Source: a bacterium
GTDB taxonomy: Bacteria; UBA8248
Direction: 5' to 3'
DNA: 64,000 bases
Assembly (NCBI GenBank): GCA_965200245.1
Contig: CBDATS010000004.1
Span: 832,001-896,000, forward strand
Positions 19,476-28,800 of the stretch are shown here, one piece after another. The first letter of the stretch is position 1, and every line of letters begins with the position of its first letter. The notes below the pieces were generated by a model. The model did no database searches, was not told the origin of the DNA, and was given only the letters and a program-made list of their open reading frames with translations. A program made the position numbers and the translations under genes.

Positions 19476-20432
19476 TCATTGCGAAGCGCCGGTGAGCGAG
19501 GAGACGCCTGAACCGAAGACGGAATTCGAATCGACCGCGTGCGCGCCACGCGTGTCGATTCTGAGTACGTGCATCCGGCAACCGATGCCGTTTGACTGAT
19601 AGACCTTGCGCATCGCATTGCCGACCTTGCCGGGGCTGTTCCGGCATATCGCCAGAATGCAGGGCCCTGCACCGCTGATGCATGCCCCCAGCGCGCCGGC
19701 TTCGTAGACCGCTTTGAACACCTCCTCCAGCGGGCCCATCAACTCCGCGCGATAGGGCTGGTGCAACCTGTCCTGCATGGCTTCACGGAACAACTCGTCC
19801 TGCCCGGTGGCGAAAGCCGCCATAAGCGCACCTACCCGCTGAACGTTGAATATCGCATCGGCCATGGAAATCTGCTTGGGCAGTTTCTGCCTCGCCGCGT
19901 GAGTGCTCACCTCGAAATCGGGGATCCCGATTACCCAGCGATAATCCCCCACCACGGGCATTCGAGTGTAGATGGTCCTCCCGTCAACAGTAGTCGCCGA
20001 GATGCAGAATCCCCCAATCAGCGCGGGCACGACATTGTCGGGGTGTCCTTCCATTTCCACGGCGATTTGAACGAGTTCGTCCATCCCCAGTGGACTACCG
20101 AGCAGGATATTCGCCCCTACGATACCGCCCACGATGGCGGCTGAACTGCTCCCCAGCCCTCGCGCAAGCGGTATGTGGTTGCGCTGTTTCATCCACAAGC
20201 CGCTGAAGGGTCTGCCTACATGATCGAACACGCGCTTCACAGCCTGTACGCAGACGTTCGATTTATCCTTGGGGATGACGTCGTGACCCTCTCCTTCGAC
20301 TTCGAGCGCCACACCCCAAGGAAGGCTGTCAAGTTCAATGCGATTATAAATTCGTAACGCTACGCCCAGAGCGTCGAAACCCGGACCGAGATTCGTCGTA
20401 CTCGCCGGGACCTGCACACACACCAAAGCCAA
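19476..20432 (-). CDS. thrB: Homoserine kinase
   Basis: VPASTTNLGPGFDALG, IPLARGLGSSSAA, EGHPDNV, DRLHQPYR, ISGAGP. Confidence 0.95.
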   Translation of the reverse strand: MALVCVQVPASTTNLGPGFDALGVALRIYNRIELDSLPWGVALEVEGEGHDVIPKDKSNVCVQAVKRVFDHVGRPFSGLWMKQRNHIPLARGLGSSSAAIVGGIVGANILLGSPLGMDELVQIAVEMEGHPDNVVPALIGGFCISATTVDGRTIYTRMPVVGDYRWVIGIPDFEVSTHAARQKLPKQISMADAIFNVQRVGALMAAFATGQDELFREAMQDRLHQPYRAELMGPLEEVFKAVYEAGALGACISGAGPCILAICRNSPGKVGNAMRKVYQSNGIGCRMHVLRIDTRGAHAVDSNSVFGSGVSSLTGASQ

Positions 20433-20451
20433 GGCGAACTCCTAAAACGTG

Positions 20452-21033
20452 TTAAGCCGAATGAATTCCTGAAGAGAGGGTGAAGGCACACCCGGCCTCG
20501 CGCATCTCCTCTATGGCCTTATCGCCGTCTCCGGGTTCGACATTCACCGCACGGACAGCATCTTCCACCACTATGACCTCGAACCCATCGCGCCTCGCGT
20601 CCAGAGCCGTGGCCTTCACGCAATAGTCCGTCGCCAGACCACAAACGAAAAGGCGCTCGATTCCCCTTGCCCGAAAATCTTCTGCCAGCGAAGTCCCGTC
20701 AAACCCGGAATAAGCCTCGGCTGCGGGGGTCGTGGCCTTCGATACCACCATCTCCACAGCGCCTGCGTTCATGCGTGGATGAAAGGCCGCACCCGGAGTA
20801 TCGGCCACGCAGTGAACGGGCCAGATGCCACCCTGCGGCTGAAACGAGGCGTGGTTGGCGGGATGCCAGTCACGCGTCGCCACCTTCGTCCAGCCAGAAA
20901 TCTCCAAAAGCCTGTTGACCGTTTCGACGATCGCGTCTCCCTCTGCGACGGCAAGCACTCCACCCGGACAAAAATCCACTTGCAAGTCGACGACGATGAG
21001 ACCGTCTTTCACACTAAGTGAGTATTCAGTCAC
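20452..21033 (-). CDS. pncA: Nicotinamidase/pyrazinamidase
   Basis: VDLQVDFCPGG, TRDWHP..H, WPVHCV, EAYSGF, GLATDYCVKAT. Confidence 0.92.
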   Translation of the reverse strand: MTEYSLSVKDGLIVVDLQVDFCPGGVLAVAEGDAIVETVNRLLEISGWTKVATRDWHPANHASFQPQGGIWPVHCVADTPGAAFHPRMNAGAVEMVVSKATTPAAEAYSGFDGTSLAEDFRARGIERLFVCGLATDYCVKATALDARRDGFEVIVVEDAVRAVNVEPGDGDKAIEEMREAGCAFTLSSGIHSA

Positions 21034-21034
21034 C

Positions 21035-21835
21035 CTATCTCTCTTCTCCCAGCTTGAGGCGCCATTTCTTCCAGCCCGGGCCCCTGCGTACGGAAATCTC
21101 TATCTCCAGTGGGTTCTCAAGAAAGACCTTCTCGAAAAAATCCACCGTCTCGACTTTCTTTCCCCTCGCTTCGAAAACCACGTCTCCCCGCCGAAGGCCC
21201 GCGATCGCCGCCGGAGCACCTTTCTTTACTTCGGACACCAGAAGCCCGCTCGCTTGCTCACCCCCGAAAAAGCGCGCCAGCGAGGGCGTGAGTTTCTGGA
21301 GCACAAGGCCCAGTCTTTCGGGGTGAGTGTATCCCCGCGGCGCATGAAAACCGTGCTCCATGACGCTATGTTTCACGTATATCGGAGATTTCATCCGCAA
21401 CGCCAGCGCGATGGCGTCCGAGGGGCGACTGTCGAGGGAAAAGCGCCTGTCCCCTTCCTCCAGGTCAATCAAGGCGAAATACGTGCCGTTTCTGACATCC
21501 GTGATGACCACCCGGAGAACATTCACACCGAGGGTCTTGAGCATGTTGCGCATCAGGTCGTGCGCCATCGGTCGATGTGACTCGGCTTCTTCAAGCTCCA
21601 GGAGAATCGCCCGCGCCTCCGCCGGGCCGATCCAGATGGGCAGCAGCTTGCCGCTCTTTTTCTCCTCCAGCAACAGAACGGGATTGTCGTTTTGCCGCTC
21701 GACAAGTATGTCCTCCACCTCGACACGGCGAAGCTCTGCAGGCGCCGCGTACACGACCGAAAAGCACATTTGCACGCCCAGGAAAGCAGCGACGAAAAAA
21801 CATCCGCATGATCTTTCAAACCACTTGAACCGCAT
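21035..21835 (-). CDS. Bifunctional nuclease domain (DUF151) with N-terminal signal peptide and C-terminal HtrA-like PDZ
   Basis: LPIWIGPAEARAI, RPMAHDL, DSRPSDAIALALR; then LGLVLQKLTPSLARFFG..GLLVSEV..GAPAAIAGLRRGDVV. Hydrophobic leader ending VYA-APA. Confidence 0.85.
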   Translation of the reverse strand: MRFKWFERSCGCFFVAAFLGVQMCFSVVYAAPAELRRVEVEDILVERQNDNPVLLLEEKKSGKLLPIWIGPAEARAILLELEEAESHRPMAHDLMRNMLKTLGVNVLRVVITDVRNGTYFALIDLEEGDRRFSLDSRPSDAIALALRMKSPIYVKHSVMEHGFHAPRGYTHPERLGLVLQKLTPSLARFFGGEQASGLLVSEVKKGAPAAIAGLRRGDVVFEARGKKVETVDFFEKVFLENPLEIEISVRRGPGWKKWRLKLGEER

Positions 21836-21887
21836 GAATTCGATTCCTGATCGTTTTGCCTGCACCCGTGAAGTCGGCGGGCTCCCT

Positions 21888-22328
21888 TCAGCGCCTGGAC
21901 TCTGTCGAAACCCGGAATACACACTCGGGAATCGATATATCCACCCGTTGCTGACCCGGCTTTTCCTCCACCTTGGTCTCGTAGATATCGTCGCAATCCA
22001 GGTCGAGCAGCGTGATATCGTATGGATATTTGTTGTCCACGTCGATATTGATCGCGAAAATCCGGTTGTTGATGGTGAGCGTTTCAAACTGGAACTTCCA
22101 TTCATCGAGATATTGCTTGATCAGGGTTTCCTCTCCGGGAATACGCCTGCTCAGATCCCGCCGGACCCATCCAAGAAAGCGCGACCGACTCAAATCCGGT
22201 GTATCAAAACCCTCAGGTCTTTTTTCGACAGGACCATCTCCCGCATTTGCCGGTGCGGCGAATACGTTCCCCGAGCCCAGGAACCACATCGCCAGGAACA
22301 CAAGAACACAGATGCGTCCGGTACGCAT
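21888..22328 (-). CDS. Hypothetical exported protein with DxDxD acidic motif
   Basis: Signal peptide MRTGRICVLVFLAMWFLGSGNVFA-A; DLDCDDIYE motif. Co-oriented upstream of DUF151-PDZ. Confidence 0.65.
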   Translation of the reverse strand: MRTGRICVLVFLAMWFLGSGNVFAAPANAGDGPVEKRPEGFDTPDLSRSRFLGWVRRDLSRRIPGEETLIKQYLDEWKFQFETLTINNRIFAINIDVDNKYPYDITLLDLDCDDIYETKVEEKPGQQRVDISIPECVFRVSTESRR

Positions 22329-22482
22329 TATCATAAAAAACATCTCCTGCATCGGCGTCAAAACCGGCGAATGGGCGTGTTCGCAATACACACAGCCCAT
22401 GCAGACTAGCACTCGCCGCTCACTGCCTCAACAGATGGGTTCGTCCAGGGATAAGCGCAAAATGCGATCCGTTCGGTGTGCT

Positions 22483-22510
22483 TTGACATTTCGGCAAAGC
22501 GGATTATTCT
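22483..22510 (+). promoter_or_regulatory. Putative sigma70 promoter for the cupin-prpD-ligase operon
   Basis: TTGACA (22483-88), 16-bp spacer, TATTCT (22505-10) in a divergent intergenic region. Confidence 0.45.
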
Positions 22511-22604
22511 TCGCATATCAACGAATATTCATCCCGACAACTGCAGTGTGTGGATCGTATGCCCGGAAAGCAACCATCACCGAAACTCCCGAGGAGAATT
22601 TCAC

Positions 22605-22958
22605 ATGACGACGAGAGAAAGAAAAGCCCGGCTCATCCGACCCGAGGAACGCGATTCAGAAGGCATGGAGGGCGGTGCGAGCCACAGGGCCATCGTATCG
22701 AAAGAGGGGGAGGGAACCGACCTCACCGTCTACTACTCGCTGATTCAACCGGGACAGACGCACGACTGGCACCATCATGAGGAAGATGAGGTCATATTCT
22801 GCGTGAGTGGCACGGGAAGGTACGATCTGGAAGACGGCGAGATCAGCTACGGTCCCGGACAGTTCATCTTCATGCCCAAGGGCACGCGCCACTGCAACAA
22901 CTGCGTGGGCGAGGAAAATGTGCGGCTGGTGGCCATCTTCCAGCCCGGCCGCGAATAA
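22605..22958 (+). CDS. Cupin domain protein
   Basis: PGQTHDWHHHEEDEVIFCVSGTG and GQFIFMPKGTRH. RBS GAGGAG. Confidence 0.88.
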   Translation: MTTRERKARLIRPEERDSEGMEGGASHRAIVSKEGEGTDLTVYYSLIQPGQTHDWHHHEEDEVIFCVSGTGRYDLEDGEISYGPGQFIFMPKGTRHCNNCVGEENVRLVAIFQPGRE

Positions 22959-23007
22959 AGGCGACTCCTCTTCCCGCTAGGGAAACCAGAACCTGCCGGA
23001 GACGAAA

Positions 23008-24405
23008 ATGGATCCCATGCGGAAAATTATCGCTCATTACACGAATCTGAGGTTCGAGGATCTGCCCGAAGAAGCAGTCTGCGCCACCAGAGATCTGATC
23101 ATCGACGCACTCGCCTGCGCCCTGGCCGGCTCTGCGGCTCCCTTGAACCCCGAGATTATCGAGCACCACATCCGCTGGGGCGGCGCGCCCGAAGCCATGG
23201 TACTCGTCTTCGGAGCCCGTCTGCCCGCGCCAACGGCGGCCTGGCTGAACGCCGCGATGATTCACTCGAACGATTTCGACGACACGGAAGACATCACCCA
23301 GAATCACGTGTTCGTCACCATTCTTCCCGCCTTTCTCGCCGCGGGGGAGAGCCTCGGGCGCGCGATGCCGGGCCGTGAGATCATCACCGTTCTGGCGGGC
23401 GCTGCGGACGTGACTCTAAGGCTGAACAATGTCGTGCACTCAAGCATTCATCCGGGCTGGCTACCCACTACGGTGTTTGGTGCCGTCTCCGCTTCCATGG
23501 CCGCCGCGCGGGCGCTGCGGCTTGATGAGGAGAGTGTCGCCAACGCAGCGGGGTTCGGCTATGCGCAATCGCACGGCAACCGCCAGGCGCTTCTCGACGG
23601 CACGGTCGCCAAGCGGCTTCAGCCAGCCTTCAGCGCGCGGGCGGGAGTGCATTCCGCCGTATTGGCGCAAATAGGCGCAACGGGTCCCAGGCGCATCGTC
23701 GAGGGGGCGGACGGCGTTATCGAACTCTTCGGCGGCGGCGTGGGCGAGCCGGAAGAGCTCTCAAGGGAATTGGGTGAAACCTTTCATGTCACCCGAATCG
23801 GCATGAAACCCTATCCAAGCTGCCGGGTGTCCCACCCAAATATCAGCGCGGCTTTGGAGGCGCGCGATCAACTCGGGATTTTCCATGCGCAAGACATCGA
23901 AGAAGTCGAGGTATGGACCACGCCCATCGGCCATTCGATGATTGGGCAGCCGTTTCAAATCAGGGAAAATCCCAACGTGGACGCGCAGTTCAGCGCGCAG
24001 TGGACGACAGCGTTCTCCCTCTTGAGAGGTGTGCCGCGCATCGCGCACTTCGATCCGGCCGCAATTGTATCGGGAGCGGAGGTAATCGAACTCGCAAAGA
24101 AAACCCGGGTCCACATCTGGGAAGAAGGAAGCCTGCTGCTCGTGCCCGTGCGCATCCGCGTCAGGCTCAAGGACGGCAGAGAAGCTGACGTCACGCACGA
24201 TAAGATAAAAGGCTCTCCCGATTGGACCATGACCCATAAAGAGCGAAAAGAGAAATTCTTCTCATGTGCCGAGGCCGCCGCCTTGCGACTCGACCCTGAA
24301 ACCCTGGAGCGCGCCTTCGATGAACTCTCCTCGCTTGAGGACTGCGCGGACTTCCGGTCTATCCTTACCCGGCTCGTCGCCTTGAAAAACCGGGTAGGCG
24401 CGTAG
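23008..24405 (+). CDS. MmgE/PrpD family protein
   Basis: DALACALAG, AAWLNAAMIHSNDFDD, GWLPTTVFG, MKPYPSCR, AQFSAQW, KGSPDW. Confidence 0.9.
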   Translation: MDPMRKIIAHYTNLRFEDLPEEAVCATRDLIIDALACALAGSAAPLNPEIIEHHIRWGGAPEAMVLVFGARLPAPTAAWLNAAMIHSNDFDDTEDITQNHVFVTILPAFLAAGESLGRAMPGREIITVLAGAADVTLRLNNVVHSSIHPGWLPTTVFGAVSASMAAARALRLDEESVANAAGFGYAQSHGNRQALLDGTVAKRLQPAFSARAGVHSAVLAQIGATGPRRIVEGADGVIELFGGGVGEPEELSRELGETFHVTRIGMKPYPSCRVSHPNISAALEARDQLGIFHAQDIEEVEVWTTPIGHSMIGQPFQIRENPNVDAQFSAQWTTAFSLLRGVPRIAHFDPAAIVSGAEVIELAKKTRVHIWEEGSLLLVPVRIRVRLKDGREADVTHDKIKGSPDWTMTHKERKEKFFSCAEAAALRLDPETLERAFDELSSLEDCADFRSILTRLVALKNRVGA

Positions 24406-24440
24406 CATTTCGGCCCGGGCGATTCTATAATTTTGGCCCC

Positions 24441-26024
24441 ATGAACAAAAACGACACGTCAGCCATACGTCCGGGTGAGAATATTGCCTGGGCGGCGAAG
24501 CGATACGGCCCGCGAGAGGCCGTAGTGGACGGAAAACACCGCCTGCGCTTTCTTGACGTATACGACCGCAGCAAGCGGGTTGCGAACGCGCTCATCGCCA
24601 CTGGCCTCGAACCCGGCGACCGTGCCGCCAAACTCATGCGAAACCGCTTCGAGATCATCGAGATCAATTTTGGCGTCGCTATGGCAGGCGGCGCATCATT
24701 GAATCTCCACGGGCGAAACGTTCTGAAAGAACACGTCCACATACTGAACGATTCCGAACCATCGTTTCTTTTCCTGGACGAGCATCACAGGGAATACGCC
24801 GAGGGCATCCGGAACGAATGTCCACACCTGCGCGCCATCATCGGCGTGGGATGGGAAGACTCGGGCACAGTCTCATACGAGGAATGGCTGCAAAAAAGCT
24901 CTGCCCGTGAACCCGGCATAGTCCTCAGACCGGATTCCCTGTTTCACCTTCACTACACCTCGGGCACGACGGGAGAACCCAAGGCGGTCGTCAATACCCA
25001 CCGCACTCACACCGCGTGGCTGGCGAAGTTTTTCAGGAACCTCGATTACCGCTTCAATACACGCGACTCCATGCTCCATGCCGGCCCCATGACACATGCT
25101 TCCTTCAATTTCATCGAGCCCACGTTTCTCCGAGGGGCACGAAACGTCATCATGCCTGCATTCGAAGCGGAGCTTTTTCTCGAAACGGCAGAAAAAGAGA
25201 GAGTCACGACCACCTACCTCGTCTCCACGATGGTGCAGCGACTCATCGAATGCGGAAGGCTCCCGAAAGCGGACCTCTCGAGCCTGCACACGATCACCTA
25301 TGGAGCCGCTCCGATATCGGAGGAAAACCTGAGGATCGCCATCGAGCACATCGGCCCCATCTTCCGGCAAACCTATGGGCTCACTGAAGCACGCCAGCCC
25401 ATCGCGATCCTGGACCCATGGGATCACGCCGTGAACGGAACGCCCGAGGAACGAAAGCGCCTCGCCTCGTGCGGAAGGGTCGCGGCGAACGTGGAACTCG
25501 AACTCATGGGCGACGACGGCCGCCCCGTCGCAACAGGCGAGATGGGTGAGATCTGCATCCGGGGGGACTATACCATGGCAAGCTACTGGAGAAACCCCGA
25601 AGCCACGGCGGAGATCATGCGAAACGGCTGGGTGCACACCGGAGACCTCGCCGTCTCGGACGATGCGGGGTATCTCTACATCGTCGACCGCAAGAAGGAG
25701 ATGATCATCACCGGAGGGTTCAACGTCTACGCATCCGAAGTCGAGCGCACCCTGTGCCGTCATCCCGCCGTACTGGAAGCCCTAGTGATTGGCGTACCAG
25801 ACGAGCGGTGGGGCGAGGCGGTCAAGGCCATGGTGGTGCTGCGACCCGGCGAGTCGCCCGAGGCTTCGGACATCATCGCATTTACGGAAAAGGAAATCGG
25901 GGGCTACAAGAAACCGAAACAAGTCGAGTTTCTGAGCGAAATTCCGAAGAACGCCCAGGGAAAAGTCTTAAGACGCGAGATTCGTGAAAAACACTGGGCC
26001 GGAAAAACGCGGCGGGTGAATTAG
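24441..26024 (+). CDS. Acyl-CoA synthetase / AMP-binding enzyme
   Basis: YTSGTTGEPK, QTYGLTE, WVHTGDLA, DRKKEMIITGGFNVY, PKNAQGKVLR. Confidence 0.93.
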   Translation: MNKNDTSAIRPGENIAWAAKRYGPREAVVDGKHRLRFLDVYDRSKRVANALIATGLEPGDRAAKLMRNRFEIIEINFGVAMAGGASLNLHGRNVLKEHVHILNDSEPSFLFLDEHHREYAEGIRNECPHLRAIIGVGWEDSGTVSYEEWLQKSSAREPGIVLRPDSLFHLHYTSGTTGEPKAVVNTHRTHTAWLAKFFRNLDYRFNTRDSMLHAGPMTHASFNFIEPTFLRGARNVIMPAFEAELFLETAEKERVTTTYLVSTMVQRLIECGRLPKADLSSLHTITYGAAPISEENLRIAIEHIGPIFRQTYGLTEARQPIAILDPWDHAVNGTPEERKRLASCGRVAANVELELMGDDGRPVATGEMGEICIRGDYTMASYWRNPEATAEIMRNGWVHTGDLAVSDDAGYLYIVDRKKEMIITGGFNVYASEVERTLCRHPAVLEALVIGVPDERWGEAVKAMVVLRPGESPEASDIIAFTEKEIGGYKKPKQVEFLSEIPKNAQGKVLRREIREKHWAGKTRRVN

Positions 26025-26115
26025 AACCTGCACCCTTATCGTCGATTCGCTGGCACCATCTTTTCGAGAAAGAAGGTCCCAACGGCCCTGACGCAAGAGT
26101 CCGGACTCAAGGCCG

Positions 26116-27330
26116 TGAAATACCAGTAAGAAATGCCGCATCACCTACGTCACCCCGAACCGTCCCGAGAAGCTCAATCCACTGAACTCGATACGACGAT
26201 GGAACTTCTCCACTGCCGGGAGGGCGCGAACGACGACATGGAGGTGTGGGTGACGATTCTCTCCGGGAGGGAAAAATCTTTTTGCGTCGGGTGGGAGCAG
26301 AACTTGGTATATGCAACAATATATTCATGATTCAATAAAGGAGTAAATATTGATCGTATTTGAACCAATAAGAATAGCCGAACCCGCAAGCTTGGCCGTG
26401 AGCCTAGTAACTCCTGCCGTTATCGGATACGGCATCCATGCCATGATAAAGGCAAACAAGGAACGCGCAGTGACAAGCGACAGGATAAATTAAGCACTGG
26501 CCAATTCAAATGCTGCGTTGGCGAAGGCTATGGAAAGGATGGACAATCCGGATAATGTGCTCGCGAAGATACCTGAAAAGATTTAGATAAGCGTCAAATC
26601 CTGCCATAATCATCCTCGATCCTCTCGATATCATCCTCTTCAAGTATATCACCCGTTTGTACTTCCATTTTGACCAGGGGTTCATTTCCGGCACATGCAA
26701 TACGGTGCCATTCGATTCTTTTGATATCGGTAGCTGAACCGGGACGTATCGGTACGTCAAGGAATTTATGGTGCACGTATCATAGCCATCACCGCTGACA
26801 ACGAACCAGTGCTCCTTCCTGTGAAGAAGACGAAATCAAGGTGGACACCGTCCGCCCCAAGGGAGTTCTTGACCGAGGGCTGGCTCAAAAAGCCCACCAT
26901 CTGCACAGCGCAGGACTAAGCCATCGACGGAGGGATGATTCCGTTTCCGGGCGCGGATTCCCATCCGAAGACGCCAGGAACGGCATCATTCGCATCGGCG
27001 GGGCCATGCGTCTGCCGGCAGCGACTCCTGGGCTCGCCAGGCGGTACATGTTCCCGGGCGAACTGCTCAACACGGAGAAAGCCTACTGCCTAGGCTTCGT
27101 GGTGAAAATCACCAAGAACGGAGAACCCCTCTACACCACTAACTGCCAAGGCGAACCGGATTATCGAGTGCTCGCCCATGTCGGGGCAGCACGCCAAGGA
27201 TGAGACCGCCGTAGCCGCCAACGTATCGATGTACGAAGGCTATCGCCTCTGCATATCCATCATGAACCGCTTCTACCAGCCCGAAGATCATCGGGGAGAC
27301 AAGAACACGTTCATGAGATGTCGAAAACCC
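26116..27330 (+). pseudogene. Enoyl-CoA hydratase remnant split by ~480-bp AT-richer insert
   Basis: 5' piece RITYVTPNRPEKLNPL..EVWVTILSGREKSFCVG (~26116-26300). 3' piece KPTICTAQD*AIDGG..GAMRLP..PGELLNTEKAYCLGFV (~26870-27110). Stops and frameshifts throughout; boundaries approximate. Confidence 0.65.
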
Positions 27331-27455
27331 GCCCAGAAAAATGTTGAGCGAGAATTGTCGAGAAGAGGGAAAACCACATGCTCTCCCGTACGGGTTGCGG
27401 AACACCCCGGTATGAAGGATAAGCCTTATCGGCCATCCCGATCCGAGGAGCGCGC

Positions 27456-28691
27456 ATGGATTCTTCCACAAGCAAGGGCGAGACCGGCATCCGGGAAGGC
27501 TGGCCGATCATCCTCGCATGTTTCCTTACCATATTCACCGCCTACACCACGACTTTCATCCTAGGGCCGATGCTCGACGTTATGGGACGCGACCTGGACC
27601 TCTCTCTGTCGGCCATGGGGCAGTTGGCGGCCATCATCTTCATCCCCTGGGGGGTGGGCGCGCCCCTTCTCGCTCCCATTTCCGACCGCTACGGCAGAAG
27701 GCCGGTCATCCTCGTCGGGCTGTTGGGTCTTTCACTCACCAACATCGCCATTTCTTTCGCGGAGGGCTATCTCGCGGTGGCTATCCTGCGTTTCATCGCG
27801 GGCTTGAGCGGCGCGCTCGTGCCGCCCACGGCGGTGGCCGCCATAGGAGACAATTTCACGGGCCGCACGCGCGGCCTCGCCATCGGATTCTCAACGGCGG
27901 GCGTGGCCATGGGACTGCTCCTCGGAGTCCCGAGCGTCGCCTTTCTGACGGATCACTTCGGCTGGCGCAACGCTTTATGGATTTTCGGCGCTTTCGGACT
28001 GGCACTTTGCCCCTATGCATTCCGTTCACTATCCCCGCAATCGCGTCTTGATGCGCCCTCCTCCTATCTGGCGAGCTTCGCCTGGATGCGACAAGGCGCT
28101 TCATGGCTCCTGCTAAGCGGCAACGTCACCGAGCGGCTCATGACGTCCACGTTTCTGACCTATGTATCCGTCTTTCTGATACGCACTTACGATATTTCCC
28201 TGTCCTCCGCAGGAAGCCTGCTCACGGCGATGTCCGTGGGCGGACTCATCGGCGGTCTGCTGGGCGGCACGCTTGCGGGTGTAAACCGCCGCTTCCTCAT
28301 CATCACCGCCCTGGTTCTGCTCCAGGGAGAGTTGCTGGCGTTTCATTTCTCGGGGTTTGGTTTACTGATACTTACTATCACGGCGGGCTTTCTATTCTCG
28401 TTCTTCAGTCAACTCAGCAGGCCCGCCGTAATGGATAACCTTATTTCGATCGCCCCGCTGGCGCGGGGTGCTATCATCGGCTTCTATTCGACGAGCAACC
28501 AGGTCGGCCTCTTCCTGGGAGCTTTCCTGGGGAGCTTCGCCATACAGTGGGGCGGTTTCGAGGTGCTCGGCTGGCTCGCCATGTGCGCCGCTGTTCTGGG
28601 CGGGTGCTTCTACGGAGCGAGCGCGTGGATGTTTCGGAGCGAGGGTATCAGGGGCGGTTCGAGAACCAACCGTACAAAAGCAAAACCATGA
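27456..28691 (+). CDS. MFS transporter
   Basis: About 12 hydrophobic segments, motif A ISDRYGRRPVI, LRFIAG, GWRNA. Confidence 0.9.
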   Translation: MDSSTSKGETGIREGWPIILACFLTIFTAYTTTFILGPMLDVMGRDLDLSLSAMGQLAAIIFIPWGVGAPLLAPISDRYGRRPVILVGLLGLSLTNIAISFAEGYLAVAILRFIAGLSGALVPPTAVAAIGDNFTGRTRGLAIGFSTAGVAMGLLLGVPSVAFLTDHFGWRNALWIFGAFGLALCPYAFRSLSPQSRLDAPSSYLASFAWMRQGASWLLLSGNVTERLMTSTFLTYVSVFLIRTYDISLSSAGSLLTAMSVGGLIGGLLGGTLAGVNRRFLIITALVLLQGELLAFHFSGFGLLILTITAGFLFSFFSQLSRPAVMDNLISIAPLARGAIIGFYSTSNQVGLFLGAFLGSFAIQWGGFEVLGWLAMCAAVLGGCFYGASAWMFRSEGIRGGSRTNRTKAKP

Positions 28692-28713
28692 GCGCAAACA
28701 AGAAAAAACACCG

Positions 28714-28741
28714 CGGGGACAGGCCGCGGTGCCTGTCCCCG
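28714..28741. terminator. Intrinsic terminator between convergent genes
   Basis: CGGGGACAGGC-6nt-GCCTGTCCCCG 11-bp stem with an A-run on its left (U-tract for the minus strand). Confidence 0.6.
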
Positions 28742-28800
28742 AAAGGACAACCACGGAGGTTCAAGGCAATCCCGACCGGGGAAAATGAACCGACCGACCC

